In this document: in pieces, positions 29,940 through 37,949 of the stretch | Layout: each line of letters opens with the position of its first letter | Numbering within the stretch: position 1 is the first letter of the stretch | Origin: Patescibacteria group bacterium | GTDB taxonomy: Bacteria; Patescibacteriota; Patescibacteriia; SG8-24 | Assembly: GCA_041667185.1 (NCBI GenBank) | Contig: JBAYFM010000006.1 | Location: 6,591 to 70,590 of the forward strand | Direction of reading: 5' to 3' | DNA length: 64,000 bases | Made by a program: the position numbers and the translations under genes | Notes under the pieces: generated by a model | The model's input: only the letters and a program-made list of their open reading frames with translations | The model's database searches: none | What the model was told of the DNA's origin: nothing

Positions 29940-31039
29940 TCGCTCTCATCCTGGCTGGCGGCGGCGGCACGCGCCTCTGGCCGGTTTCCCGCCGGAAGAA
30001 TCCCAAACAGGTCGAGGCGATCATCGGCGACCGCTCACTGTTGCAGACGACCTACGCCCGGCTCCGCCGCGGTTTTCCGGCCGCCAAGATCTTCGTCGCC
30101 GCCGGCATCGGCCAGCAGCGGAAGATCGCCGCTCAGCTGCCCCAGCTGCCGGCGGAGAACCTGATCCTCGAACCTTGCCGCCGCGACACAGCCGCGGCCG
30201 TCGGTTTCGCCCTGCTGCGGATCGCGCAGCGCCATCCCGGAGAGACTTTCGTCGTCATCAATTCCGACGCTTACATTCAGGACGTCCCGGAATATCTGCG
30301 CGTCATCAGACTGGCCGGACGCCTGGCCGCCGCGCGGCCGGAGAACGCCGTACTCATCGGGATCGCGCCGGATTATCCGGAGACCGGGTACGGCTACATC
30401 AAGACCGGTCGGCGCGCTCTGAAGCTCGCGGCCGGCGCGGGCCGGAGCCGCCGGACGGATTTCGTTTTCGCGGTCGAGAAGTTCGTGGAGAAACCCGATC
30501 TCGCGACCGCTCGCGAGTATCTGGCGCACGGCGGCTATCTCTGGAATCCGACACTGGTCGTCGGCCGCATCGATCGCTTTCTCGAACTCTACGGCCGGTA
30601 CTTGCCGCGGCACGCCGCCCTGTTCCGCCGGATGGCGGCCGCGTTCGGTACCCGCGGCGAGAAGGCCGCCATCGACCGCTTGTTCGCCCGACTGCCGTCC
30701 GTGAGCATCGATTACGGCATCCTGGAAAAAGAACGGTCCATGCTCGTGCTACCGGCCGCTTTCGGCTGGGCCGACGTCGGCAACTGGCGCGCGGTCAAGG
30801 AAGTCCTGTCGCCGTCCCGCGGGTCCAGCGTCGTCAAAGGCCTGCATGTCGGCCACGAGTCGAGCGGCAACATCATCTATTCGCCGGCCGGCAAACTCGT
30901 CGCCACCATCGGCGTCTCGGACATGGTGATCATCGATACCGGCGACACTGTCCTCGTCTGTCCGCAGGACCGGGCTCAGGACGTGAAGCAGATCGTCAGC
31001 CAACTCGAAGGCTGCGGCAAACTTAAGAAATTCATCTGA
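29936..31039 (+). CDS. mannose-1-phosphate guanylyltransferase (nucleotidyltransferase domain only)
   Basis: LAGGGGTRLWPVSR sugar-nucleotidyltransferase motif; 367 aa; no cupin/PMI domain. Confidence 0.75.
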   Translation: MIALILAGGGGTRLWPVSRRKNPKQVEAIIGDRSLLQTTYARLRRGFPAAKIFVAAGIGQQRKIAAQLPQLPAENLILEPCRRDTAAAVGFALLRIAQRHPGETFVVINSDAYIQDVPEYLRVIRLAGRLAAARPENAVLIGIAPDYPETGYGYIKTGRRALKLAAGAGRSRRTDFVFAVEKFVEKPDLATAREYLAHGGYLWNPTLVVGRIDRFLELYGRYLPRHAALFRRMAAAFGTRGEKAAIDRLFARLPSVSIDYGILEKERSMLVLPAAFGWADVGNWRAVKEVLSPSRGSSVVKGLHVGHESSGNIIYSPAGKLVATIGVSDMVIIDTGDTVLVCPQDRAQDVKQIVSQLEGCGKLKKFI

Positions 31040-32079
31040 TGAGAAAGCTACTGATCACGGTCGGCAGCGTCGCGGCGGTCGTCGCTCTGGGCGGCTGGAT
31101 CGCGGCTTGGCTCGTCACGCCGGGGCATCCGGCCGACGCCAGTTTCAGCGTGGCCGCGGGCGAGAACGTCGATCGTATCGTGGCGCGCCTCAGCGATCGC
31201 GGCTTCATCCGCAGCCGGGCGCTGTTCAAGCTGGCGCTCAGGCAAAGCGGCCTGGAAGCGAAACTCCAGCCCGGCAATTATGATCTGGCCGGCGTCTCGA
31301 CCCAGTTCGAGCTCATCAAGAGACTGACGAGCGGGGGAGTCTCCGCTGACGAGTTTGTCCTGCTCATCAAGGAGGGTTGGGATCTGCGTGATATCCAAAA
31401 GCGGCTGGAGGAGCTGGGGTATGCCGGCGCCAAGGAATTTTTCCGGGCGACCGGCGAGCCGCTCGCCGAACCAGGCCGTTCCGACAAGCGGCCCGCGCCG
31501 GATCTGACGGAAGAGTTCCCCATGCTGGCCTCGAAGCCGACCGGCACGAGCCTCGAAGGCTACCTGTTTCCCGACACTTATCGGCTGTTCAAGACAGCGA
31601 CGCCCGAGGAGATCGTGCAGGAACTGGTCGCCAATCTGGAGCGCCGGTTGCGCGCGGCCGGCCTGCTCGACCGGATCGTCGCCGACAAGAAACTGAACGA
31701 GATCCTGACGCTCGCGAGCATCGTGGAGCAGGAAGTGCGATCGCCGGAGGATCGCCGCCTGGTCGCCGATCTTTTCGAGCGCCGCCTGGAGCGGGGGATG
31801 GCCCTGCAGGCCGACTCGACGGTCAATTACGTCACCGGCAAGAGCGCCGCCGCAGCCAGCGCTGCCGATCTTCAGGCCGACTCGCCTTTCAATACTTACC
31901 AATATCCCGGCTTGCCGCCGGGTCCCATCTGCAATCCCGGTCTCTCCGCCGTGAGCGCCGTGCTGGATCCGGAGCCGAACCAGTACTGGTATTTCCTGAC
32001 CGATGACGCGGGGGCGGTGCATTACGCCAAGACCTTCGAGGAACACGTTCAAAACAAAGCGCGCTATCTGCGGCGCTAG
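31039..32079 (+). CDS. mltG: endolytic murein transglycosylase MltG (YceG family)
   Basis: TM anchor, LQADSTVNYVTG and YNTYQYPGLPPGPICNPG signature. Confidence 0.85.
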   Translation: MRKLLITVGSVAAVVALGGWIAAWLVTPGHPADASFSVAAGENVDRIVARLSDRGFIRSRALFKLALRQSGLEAKLQPGNYDLAGVSTQFELIKRLTSGGVSADEFVLLIKEGWDLRDIQKRLEELGYAGAKEFFRATGEPLAEPGRSDKRPAPDLTEEFPMLASKPTGTSLEGYLFPDTYRLFKTATPEEIVQELVANLERRLRAAGLLDRIVADKKLNEILTLASIVEQEVRSPEDRRLVADLFERRLERGMALQADSTVNYVTGKSAAAASAADLQADSPFNTYQYPGLPPGPICNPGLSAVSAVLDPEPNQYWYFLTDDAGAVHYAKTFEEHVQNKARYLRR

Positions 32080-32091
32080 CCCGGCAACCAT

Positions 32092-33828
32092 ATGGGTTCA
32101 ACTTCGCGAAGATCATTCGGCCTGATCATCCTGATCGCCAGTTTCGTTATCGCCGGTTTCGCAGTCGTGGTCCGGCCGGCTGTGGCGCAAACCGTCGAGG
32201 AGATCAGTTCGTTCGCGTCCGACATCGAGGTCCGGAGCGACGGGATCGTCGGGATCGTCGAGACTATCGAATATTATTTTCCCGACGAGCGCCACGGCAT
32301 CTATCGCGACATCGCGGAGGAATACGTCAACGACCGGGGCGAGCAATACCGCATTCCGATCACGGTCCTGAGCGTCCGCGATGAGCGCGGCAACGACTGG
32401 AACTATTCCCTCGAACGCGGCGGGAGCGGCTTGCGCGTCAAGATCGGCGATCCGAACCGGACCGTCACCGGCCGCCAGGTCTACGTCATCGCTTACGAGG
32501 CGACCGGTGCGCTCCGATATTTTGCGGACCATGACGAACTCTATTGGAACGCCACGGGGACCGAGTGGCAGGTCCCGATCCGCCGCGCCGCCGCGACCAT
32601 CAGGCTGCCCGAACCGATCGATCCGGCAACGATCACACTCAAGTGTTACACCGGCGGGCGCGGCTCGGCCGCCGAGAATTGCCAGAAGAGCGTCCAGGGC
32701 CGGCAGGCTGATTTTGCGGCGACCGGCGCGCTGACCGTGGTGGTCGGCTGGCCGCCGGGACTCATCGCGAAGGTCGAGGCAGCGGCGGCGCCGGCGGTGT
32801 CCTGGCCCGGCGTGCCGTGGCGCTGGATCCTGTCAGCGCTGCTCCCGTCGCTCGTCATCCCGTTGGGCGTCTTCATTTATCTGTTCGGACGCTGGCGGCG
32901 GTACGGCCGCGATCTCCAAGGCAGTCCGACGCTCGTGGTCCAATATGATCCGCCGGACAAACTGGGAGCGGCCGAGACCGGCGTCATCTACGACGCCACG
33001 GCCGACATCCGGGAGGTCTCGGCGGCCATCGTGGAACTGGCGGTCCGCGGTTTCCTGCTGATCCGCGAGGTCGAGACTCAGGGGCTGATCTTCAAGAGCC
33101 AGGATCACGAGCTCGTGAAGCTCGCGGCTCCGACTGGCGCCGCGCCGTTGGCCGAACATGAGAGCAAACTGCTCGCCGCGCTGTTCCCGGCCGGCGACAC
33201 GGTCCGGCTTTCCTACATCAAAGAGCACCATGCTTTCTCGGGCCAGCTGAAGGGCATCACCGATTCGATGTATGACCGGGTCACGACGCTCGGATATTTC
33301 GAACAGAATCCGGAGCGGGTGCGCGCCAAGTATTTCGGCGCCGGCGTGGCGTTCATGCTGGTCGGATTCTTCATTGCACCGCTCGCGATCGCGGCGGTCC
33401 TCGCCGGCATCATTTGTCTGGTCTTCGGCGCCATCATGCCCAAGCGCACGGCCCGGGGCGTCCAGGCGTTCGATCACGCCAAGGGTTTCCGGGAATATCT
33501 GGAGCACGCGGAAAAATATCGCCTGCAGTGGCAGGAGCGGGAAAATATCTTCGAGAAGTTCCTGCCTTACGCCATGGTCTTCGGGATCGTCGATAAATGG
33601 GCCAAGGCGTTCGAGGGACTCCAGTTGCAGCAGCCGTCCTGGTACGAGGGCCGGGCGTTCGGTTCCGGAGCCTTCAATGCCGTCATGTTCAGTTCGGCTT
33701 TCAACAGTTTCGGGACCGCGATGAATTCGGCTGTGCTCTCGACGCCGTCCCGGAGTTCGAGCGGCAGCGGTTTTTCGGGCGGCTTTTCCGGCGGCGGCGG
33801 AGGCGGTGGCGGCGGGGGATCGTGGTAG
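32092..33828 (+). CDS. DUF2207-family membrane protein
   Basis: Signal peptide or TM, a ~230-aa extracytoplasmic domain, a central TM, PTLVVQYDPP, C-terminal TMs and a poly-Gly tail (GGFSGGGGGGGGGG). Confidence 0.6.
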   Translation: MGSTSRRSFGLIILIASFVIAGFAVVVRPAVAQTVEEISSFASDIEVRSDGIVGIVETIEYYFPDERHGIYRDIAEEYVNDRGEQYRIPITVLSVRDERGNDWNYSLERGGSGLRVKIGDPNRTVTGRQVYVIAYEATGALRYFADHDELYWNATGTEWQVPIRRAAATIRLPEPIDPATITLKCYTGGRGSAAENCQKSVQGRQADFAATGALTVVVGWPPGLIAKVEAAAAPAVSWPGVPWRWILSALLPSLVIPLGVFIYLFGRWRRYGRDLQGSPTLVVQYDPPDKLGAAETGVIYDATADIREVSAAIVELAVRGFLLIREVETQGLIFKSQDHELVKLAAPTGAAPLAEHESKLLAALFPAGDTVRLSYIKEHHAFSGQLKGITDSMYDRVTTLGYFEQNPERVRAKYFGAGVAFMLVGFFIAPLAIAAVLAGIICLVFGAIMPKRTARGVQAFDHAKGFREYLEHAEKYRLQWQERENIFEKFLPYAMVFGIVDKWAKAFEGLQLQQPSWYEGRAFGSGAFNAVMFSSAFNSFGTAMNSAVLSTPSRSSSGSGFSGGFSGGGGGGGGGGSW

Positions 33829-33858
33829 GCCGTTTGATCTCATAACTCCTGAATTCCT

Positions 33859-34260
33859 ATGACCGACGCACAACTCAAGAAGATCTTCGCCATCAAGACC
33901 ATCGCCGCGGTCGGCTTGTCGTCGAACGCCGCGCGGCCGAGTTACGGCGTCTGCTCGTATCTGCAGGGCCGCGGTTATCGGATCATCCCGGTGAATCCCA
34001 ACGAGACCGAAGTTCTGGGGGAGAAAGCCTATCCGGACCTGGACGCCGTGCCGGGGCCGGTCGAGATCGTTCAGATCTTCCGCCGGCCGGAAGCCGTGCC
34101 GGAGATCGTCGAAGCCGCCATCCGCAAAGGCGCCCAGGTCGTTTGGATGCAGGACGGAGCCGGAAATCCGGACGCGGCGCGCCGCGCCGAAGCGGCTGGC
34201 CTGCTGGTCGTGGCGGATGATTGCATGTTGCGCCAGCACCGGAGGTTGTTCGGTGAGTAG
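33859..34260 (+). CDS. CoA-binding domain protein (YccU/YneT-like)
   Basis: 133 aa; IAAVGLSSNAARPSYGVCSYLQGRGYRIIPVNP Rossmann-like CoA-binding fold. Confidence 0.7.
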   Translation: MTDAQLKKIFAIKTIAAVGLSSNAARPSYGVCSYLQGRGYRIIPVNPNETEVLGEKAYPDLDAVPGPVEIVQIFRRPEAVPEIVEAAIRKGAQVVWMQDGAGNPDAARRAEAAGLLVVADDCMLRQHRRLFGE

Positions 34261-34261
34261 G

Positions 34262-34390
34262 GTAGCGGAGAGTGGGGGAGACGAAGTGTTGAAGTACTGG
34301 AGTACTGAAGTACGGAAGCTTAACCTCAAACCTCCAGCACTCCCGCACTTCAGCACTTCAGTACTCCTGCATTTCCTCACCCCCCCCATC
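34262..34390. repeat. dispersed repeat element (copy R5)
   Basis: ggagagtggggg...cctccagcactcccgcacttcagcacttcagtactcc, followed by the cassette terminator/leader. Confidence 0.65.
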
Positions 34391-34435
34391 TTCATCAAAA
34401 AACCGCCTCGTAGGCGGTTTTTTGACCATTATTCC

Positions 34436-34506
34436 AGTCTTTGTTAAGGTGCTTTCCGCAGCCGCTGGTTGCCGTGTTCTTTCACTAACATCATCGGAGG
34501 TAGAGA
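34436..34506 (+). promoter_or_regulatory. conserved cassette leader (TTGTTAAGGTG box + GC hairpin + GGAGGTAGAGA RBS), copy 1
   Basis: Near-identical to 35198-35264 and 36766-36841, and partially to 36000-36073. Confidence 0.5.
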
Positions 34507-34974
34507 ATGAATCCGAAGACGATCGTGGTCTCTCTTTTCGCCTTGTTTCTTTTGGCAGGGTGCGCCAAGTTTCGCTTCGATGTTCCGGACGGCTTCAAGA
34601 TCATCGAAGAGCAGAGGGATAATTTTGGCCAGGGCAAGTGGCAGCTCACGAACGAGGCGGGCAATAGCATGATTTTTGTCAACCTAATGTCAGCCGAGGT
34701 TTGGCCGCTGGATAAGCAAGTGGACGAGTACCTATCTCTCATCGCTGATCTGGATGGTGTGATCACCGAGAAAGTGATCACGGATTACAGAAGTTCCGCG
34801 AGGCTGGAGTTCACGTACGTCGCGCAACAGTCTCACAGGACTGGTCGGGTCTTCTTTCGTCAGTTGACTGAAAGAAATATGACCATCGTCGTTTTTGGTT
34901 GGTGGTTGGATTCCCAGGCTGCGACCGCCGGACCAGCCTTCGAAGCCGTCGCCGCTTCGGCCGACTATAAGTAA
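34507..34974 (+). CDS. paralogous small lipoprotein, cassette 1
   Basis: Lipobox LLAGC; 155 aa; C-terminal FEAVAASADYK shared with cassettes 2-4. Confidence 0.65.
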   Translation: MNPKTIVVSLFALFLLAGCAKFRFDVPDGFKIIEEQRDNFGQGKWQLTNEAGNSMIFVNLMSAEVWPLDKQVDEYLSLIADLDGVITEKVITDYRSSARLEFTYVAQQSHRTGRVFFRQLTERNMTIVVFGWWLDSQAATAGPAFEAVAASADYK

Positions 34975-35007
34975 CGGGTTCTTCATCAGCTCCGATTTTC
35001 TTCAGCT

Positions 35008-35038
35008 CGCCGCGCTCTCTCAAGGGCGCGGTTTTTTT
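35008..35038 (+). terminator. rho-independent terminator of cassette 1
   Basis: ccgcgctctctcaagggcgcgg plus T7. Homologous terminators follow cassettes 2-4. Confidence 0.6.
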
Positions 35039-35099
35039 CGCAACTATCAGAAAACCTCGGCGTCAGCCGAGGTTGAATAAAAGACGCGAATCCCCCGCA

Positions 35100-35150
35100 G
35101 TTTTAGCGGAGAGGGATCAGAACTCCCACACTCCCACACTCTCCGTCTTC
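35100..35150. repeat. dispersed repeat fragment (copy R6)
   Basis: agcggagagggatcagaactcccacactcccacactctccgtcttc. Confidence 0.5.
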
Positions 35151-35264
35151 ATCAAAAAACCGCCCCGTAGGCGGTTTTTTGACCATTACTTCAGCCTTTG
35201 TTAAGGTGCTTCCCGCAGCTGCAAGCTGCCGCGTTCTTTCATCAATATCATCTGGAGGTGGGGA

Positions 35265-35741
35265 ATGAATTTGAAAACGATCATCGTATCCGTATTCGCG
35301 CTGTGTCTTTTTGCAGGCTGCGCCGCTCCGCAGGCGCATCTGATCGTGCCGGACGGCTGGCAGGCCACCTCGATACACGATCTCGAGTCCGGCTTCAGCC
35401 AGACGTTGGCAAACGAGGGTGAGCAGGCCTACATCTTCGTCAAAATAGCCCCGGATAAAACTTATCCGCGCGTTAAGGAACAGCTGGACTCGGATCTCCG
35501 TTACATCAAAAGTGTTGGCGGCAAGCTGATCGAGTCCCTGGTTGTTGCCGATCAGAGCTTCGCGCGGCTGGCCTTCACGATCGAATTGGCAGATGGCACT
35601 CTGGGCATCGGCAGGATCATCTTGCGCAAGTCGACCAAGGGCAAGCGGACGGTTGCTGTCAGGGGTGTTTGGCCGCTGGATAAGGATGCGGTCATCAGGC
35701 CGGACTTCGAAGCCATTGCCGCTTCAGTCGACTACAAGTAG
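35265..35741 (+). CDS. paralogous small lipoprotein, cassette 2
   Basis: Lipobox LFAGC; 158 aa; C-terminal FEAIAASVDYK. Confidence 0.65.
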   Translation: MNLKTIIVSVFALCLFAGCAAPQAHLIVPDGWQATSIHDLESGFSQTLANEGEQAYIFVKIAPDKTYPRVKEQLDSDLRYIKSVGGKLIESLVVADQSFARLAFTIELADGTLGIGRIILRKSTKGKRTVAVRGVWPLDKDAVIRPDFEAIAASVDYK

Positions 35742-35799
35742 CAGGTTCGCCACCAGCTCCGATTCTCTTCAGTTCACCGCGCTCTCTCATGAGCGCGGT

Positions 35800-35990
35800 T
35801 TTTTTCGCCATTTTGAGGTGAAGAGACGGAGTCAGGGAGAGACGGAGTTGGGGAGATACGAAGATACGGAGTCACGTCGTTCGCGAACGACGTGACGGAG
35901 CCATATCGCTCACAAGCGACGCGACTCCGTCTCTCTGTTACTTCCTGACTCCGTCTCTCCCGCACTCCTGCACTCCCATACTTTCCACTA
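35800..35990. repeat. dispersed composite palindromic repeat element (copy R7)
   Basis: gagacggagtcagggagagacggag ... core palindrome 35874-35893 ... gactccgtctct ... cctgactccgtctctcc. Confidence 0.75.
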
Positions 35991-36073
35991 TTTCGGCCGC
36001 GTGTTAAGGTGGCGGCAGTCGATCGGATGTTCGTCGCACCTTTTTAACAACGCCGCTTCAGAGGAGGTTCAGG

Positions 36074-36568
36074 ATGAAGATCTCGCTGCTAGCGATCCTG
36101 GGTCTGGCCCAGTTGTTTTCTGCTGTCGATTGTTCGCCAGCCGGCGAGCCGAGACTCTGGTCCGAGTCGCCTCAGGGCTGGAAAGTCACGGCCGAACTGG
36201 TCCGCAGCGGTCGGGCGATGTTGGTCCTGAATCCGGAAAAGGCCGGTCTCGAGGCCGGATTCGGCGTGATCTGCGCGCCGGCCGGCAAGATGCCGCCTGA
36301 AGTCAGGTTCCGGTCGCTGGCGAGACAGGCCCGGGAAATGGCCGGCGCCGTGGACATCGAGGCGTACGACGCGGCCAAAAAGTTCTTTGTCCTGTCTTAC
36401 GCCTACGAGTCGGTTTCCGGCGAGGCTTACGTCGCTCGCGTCACCGTGAAGACGGATTCCTCAGGACTCGGCCAGACTCTGGTCATCTCCGGTTATTGGC
36501 CGGAGGCGGTCGATCCGGACCTGGCCCGCGTTTACGCCGACTTCGTCGCCTCGATCGATTTCAAATGA
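36074..36568 (+). CDS. paralogous small secreted protein or lipoprotein, cassette 3 (most diverged)
   Basis: Signal peptide with AVDCS; 164 aa; C-terminal ADFVASIDFK. Confidence 0.55.
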   Translation: MKISLLAILGLAQLFSAVDCSPAGEPRLWSESPQGWKVTAELVRSGRAMLVLNPEKAGLEAGFGVICAPAGKMPPEVRFRSLARQAREMAGAVDIEAYDAAKKFFVLSYAYESVSGEAYVARVTVKTDSSGLGQTLVISGYWPEAVDPDLARVYADFVASIDFK

Positions 36569-36614
36569 GTCCGTTCTGACCTGCTCCCGCGTCTCCTAGA
36601 GGCGCGGTTTTTTT

Positions 36615-36760
36615 CACCACTTTGAGGTGAAGAGACAGAGTCAGGGAGTGATGGAGAGACGGAGAGATGTCGCTCGCGAACGACACGGCCTCGTCTCTCC
36701 CTGACTCCGTCTCTCCTGCACTCCAGTACTCCCGCACTCTCCACCCACCCATCGTTTTGA
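36615..36760. repeat. dispersed repeat element with a degenerate core (copy R8)
   Basis: gagacagagtcagggag...ATGTCGCTCGCGAACGACAC...ctctccctgactccgtctctcctgcactccagtactcc. Confidence 0.7.
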
Positions 36761-36841
36761 CCATTCCCCCGGCCTTTGTTAAGGTGCTCTCCGCAGCCGC
36801 GGGCTGCAGTGTCCTTTCACCCAGATCATCGGAGGTAGAGA

Positions 36842-37312
36842 ATGAGCCTGAAAACGATCGTCGCGTCCGTCTTCGCGCTGTTCCTGTTGGCGGGGTGTGC
36901 GCCCAAGTTCCAAGTCACCGTGCCTGAAGGCTGGAAAGTGGCTAAGGAATTGAACGAAGAGGGCGTGCAAGCGAAACTCCTTGTCAACGCAAAGGAGGAT
37001 ATCGCGATCAAGGTCTTCTGCGTGCCGGCCGAACAAGTGCCGGTCGAGGAAGCTCTGAAGTCGACGGTCGACCTTGTGAACCAGGCTCAGGGCCAGATCG
37101 TCGAACAGGACCTCGCCGCTGACAAGAGCTCGTCCCGGGTCGTTTTTACGGTTACGGTTGATGGCACTGATCTTGCCGGCCGTCAGGTGTTCAAGCTGAG
37201 CAGCTATAAGCACGCCAAGGCGTTGCTTATCTCCAGTGTTTGGTTGGCCGCGCAAGATGCCGAGGCTGCCAAGGCTTTTGAGATCATCGCCGCTTCAGCT
37301 GACTTCAAGTAG
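36842..37312 (+). CDS. paralogous small lipoprotein, cassette 4
   Basis: Lipobox LLAGC; 156 aa; C-terminal FEIIAASADFK. Confidence 0.65.
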   Translation: MSLKTIVASVFALFLLAGCAPKFQVTVPEGWKVAKELNEEGVQAKLLVNAKEDIAIKVFCVPAEQVPVEEALKSTVDLVNQAQGQIVEQDLAADKSSSRVVFTVTVDGTDLAGRQVFKLSSYKHAKALLISSVWLAAQDAEAAKAFEIIAASADFK

Positions 37313-37494
37313 CCGCCCAGCGTCAGTTTCGTTTCCGATTCTCTCAGTTTGCCGCGTCTCGTCAGACGCGGTCTTTTTTATCCATTTATCCACAAAAGGT
37401 GTCAGGTACTTTTGGGGTGCCAAAGGTACCAGGTACCTTTTGCCCGGAAATCGGCGGTGCGGTACACTAGCCGGGCATTCATTAATATTTCGTT

Positions 37495-37944
37495 GTGACC
37501 ATGGATGAACTCGCCCGACAACTGGATCGTCCCGGGGACAACGCGCATTGTCCCGGCGTTTTCGTGCTGCGTGGCGGCCAAGTGCTCGTCGGTCTGCGGC
37601 ACTATGCCAAGCACGGCATCGCCGCGACCGATCTCTGGACCATCCCCGGCGGCCGCTGCGAAACCGGGGAGACCATCGGCCAGGCGGTCCGGCGCGAAGC
37701 GGCCGAGGAAGCCGGCCTGACCGAACTCGAGCTCACCGACTGGTTGGCCGAGATACCCGGCGCCCGGGCCGGCGACATCGTCCCGCTCTTCATCGGCCGT
37801 TCGTCCCAGCCGCCGCGCCTCATGGAGCCGGAGAAGTTCGCCGAGTGGCGCTGGTGCGATCCCGCCGCCGTGCCGCGGCCGTTCATCAATCCCGAAGCCC
37901 TGATCCTGCTCCAGGCGTGGGTCCGGTCGCATCCCCAAAACTGA
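37495..37944 (+). CDS. Nudix hydrolase
   Basis: Nudix box GGRCETGETIGQAVRREAAEEAGL. Confidence 0.8.
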   Translation: MTMDELARQLDRPGDNAHCPGVFVLRGGQVLVGLRHYAKHGIAATDLWTIPGGRCETGETIGQAVRREAAEEAGLTELELTDWLAEIPGARAGDIVPLFIGRSSQPPRLMEPEKFAEWRWCDPAAVPRPFINPEALILLQAWVRSHPQN

Positions 37945-37949
37945 CCGTT

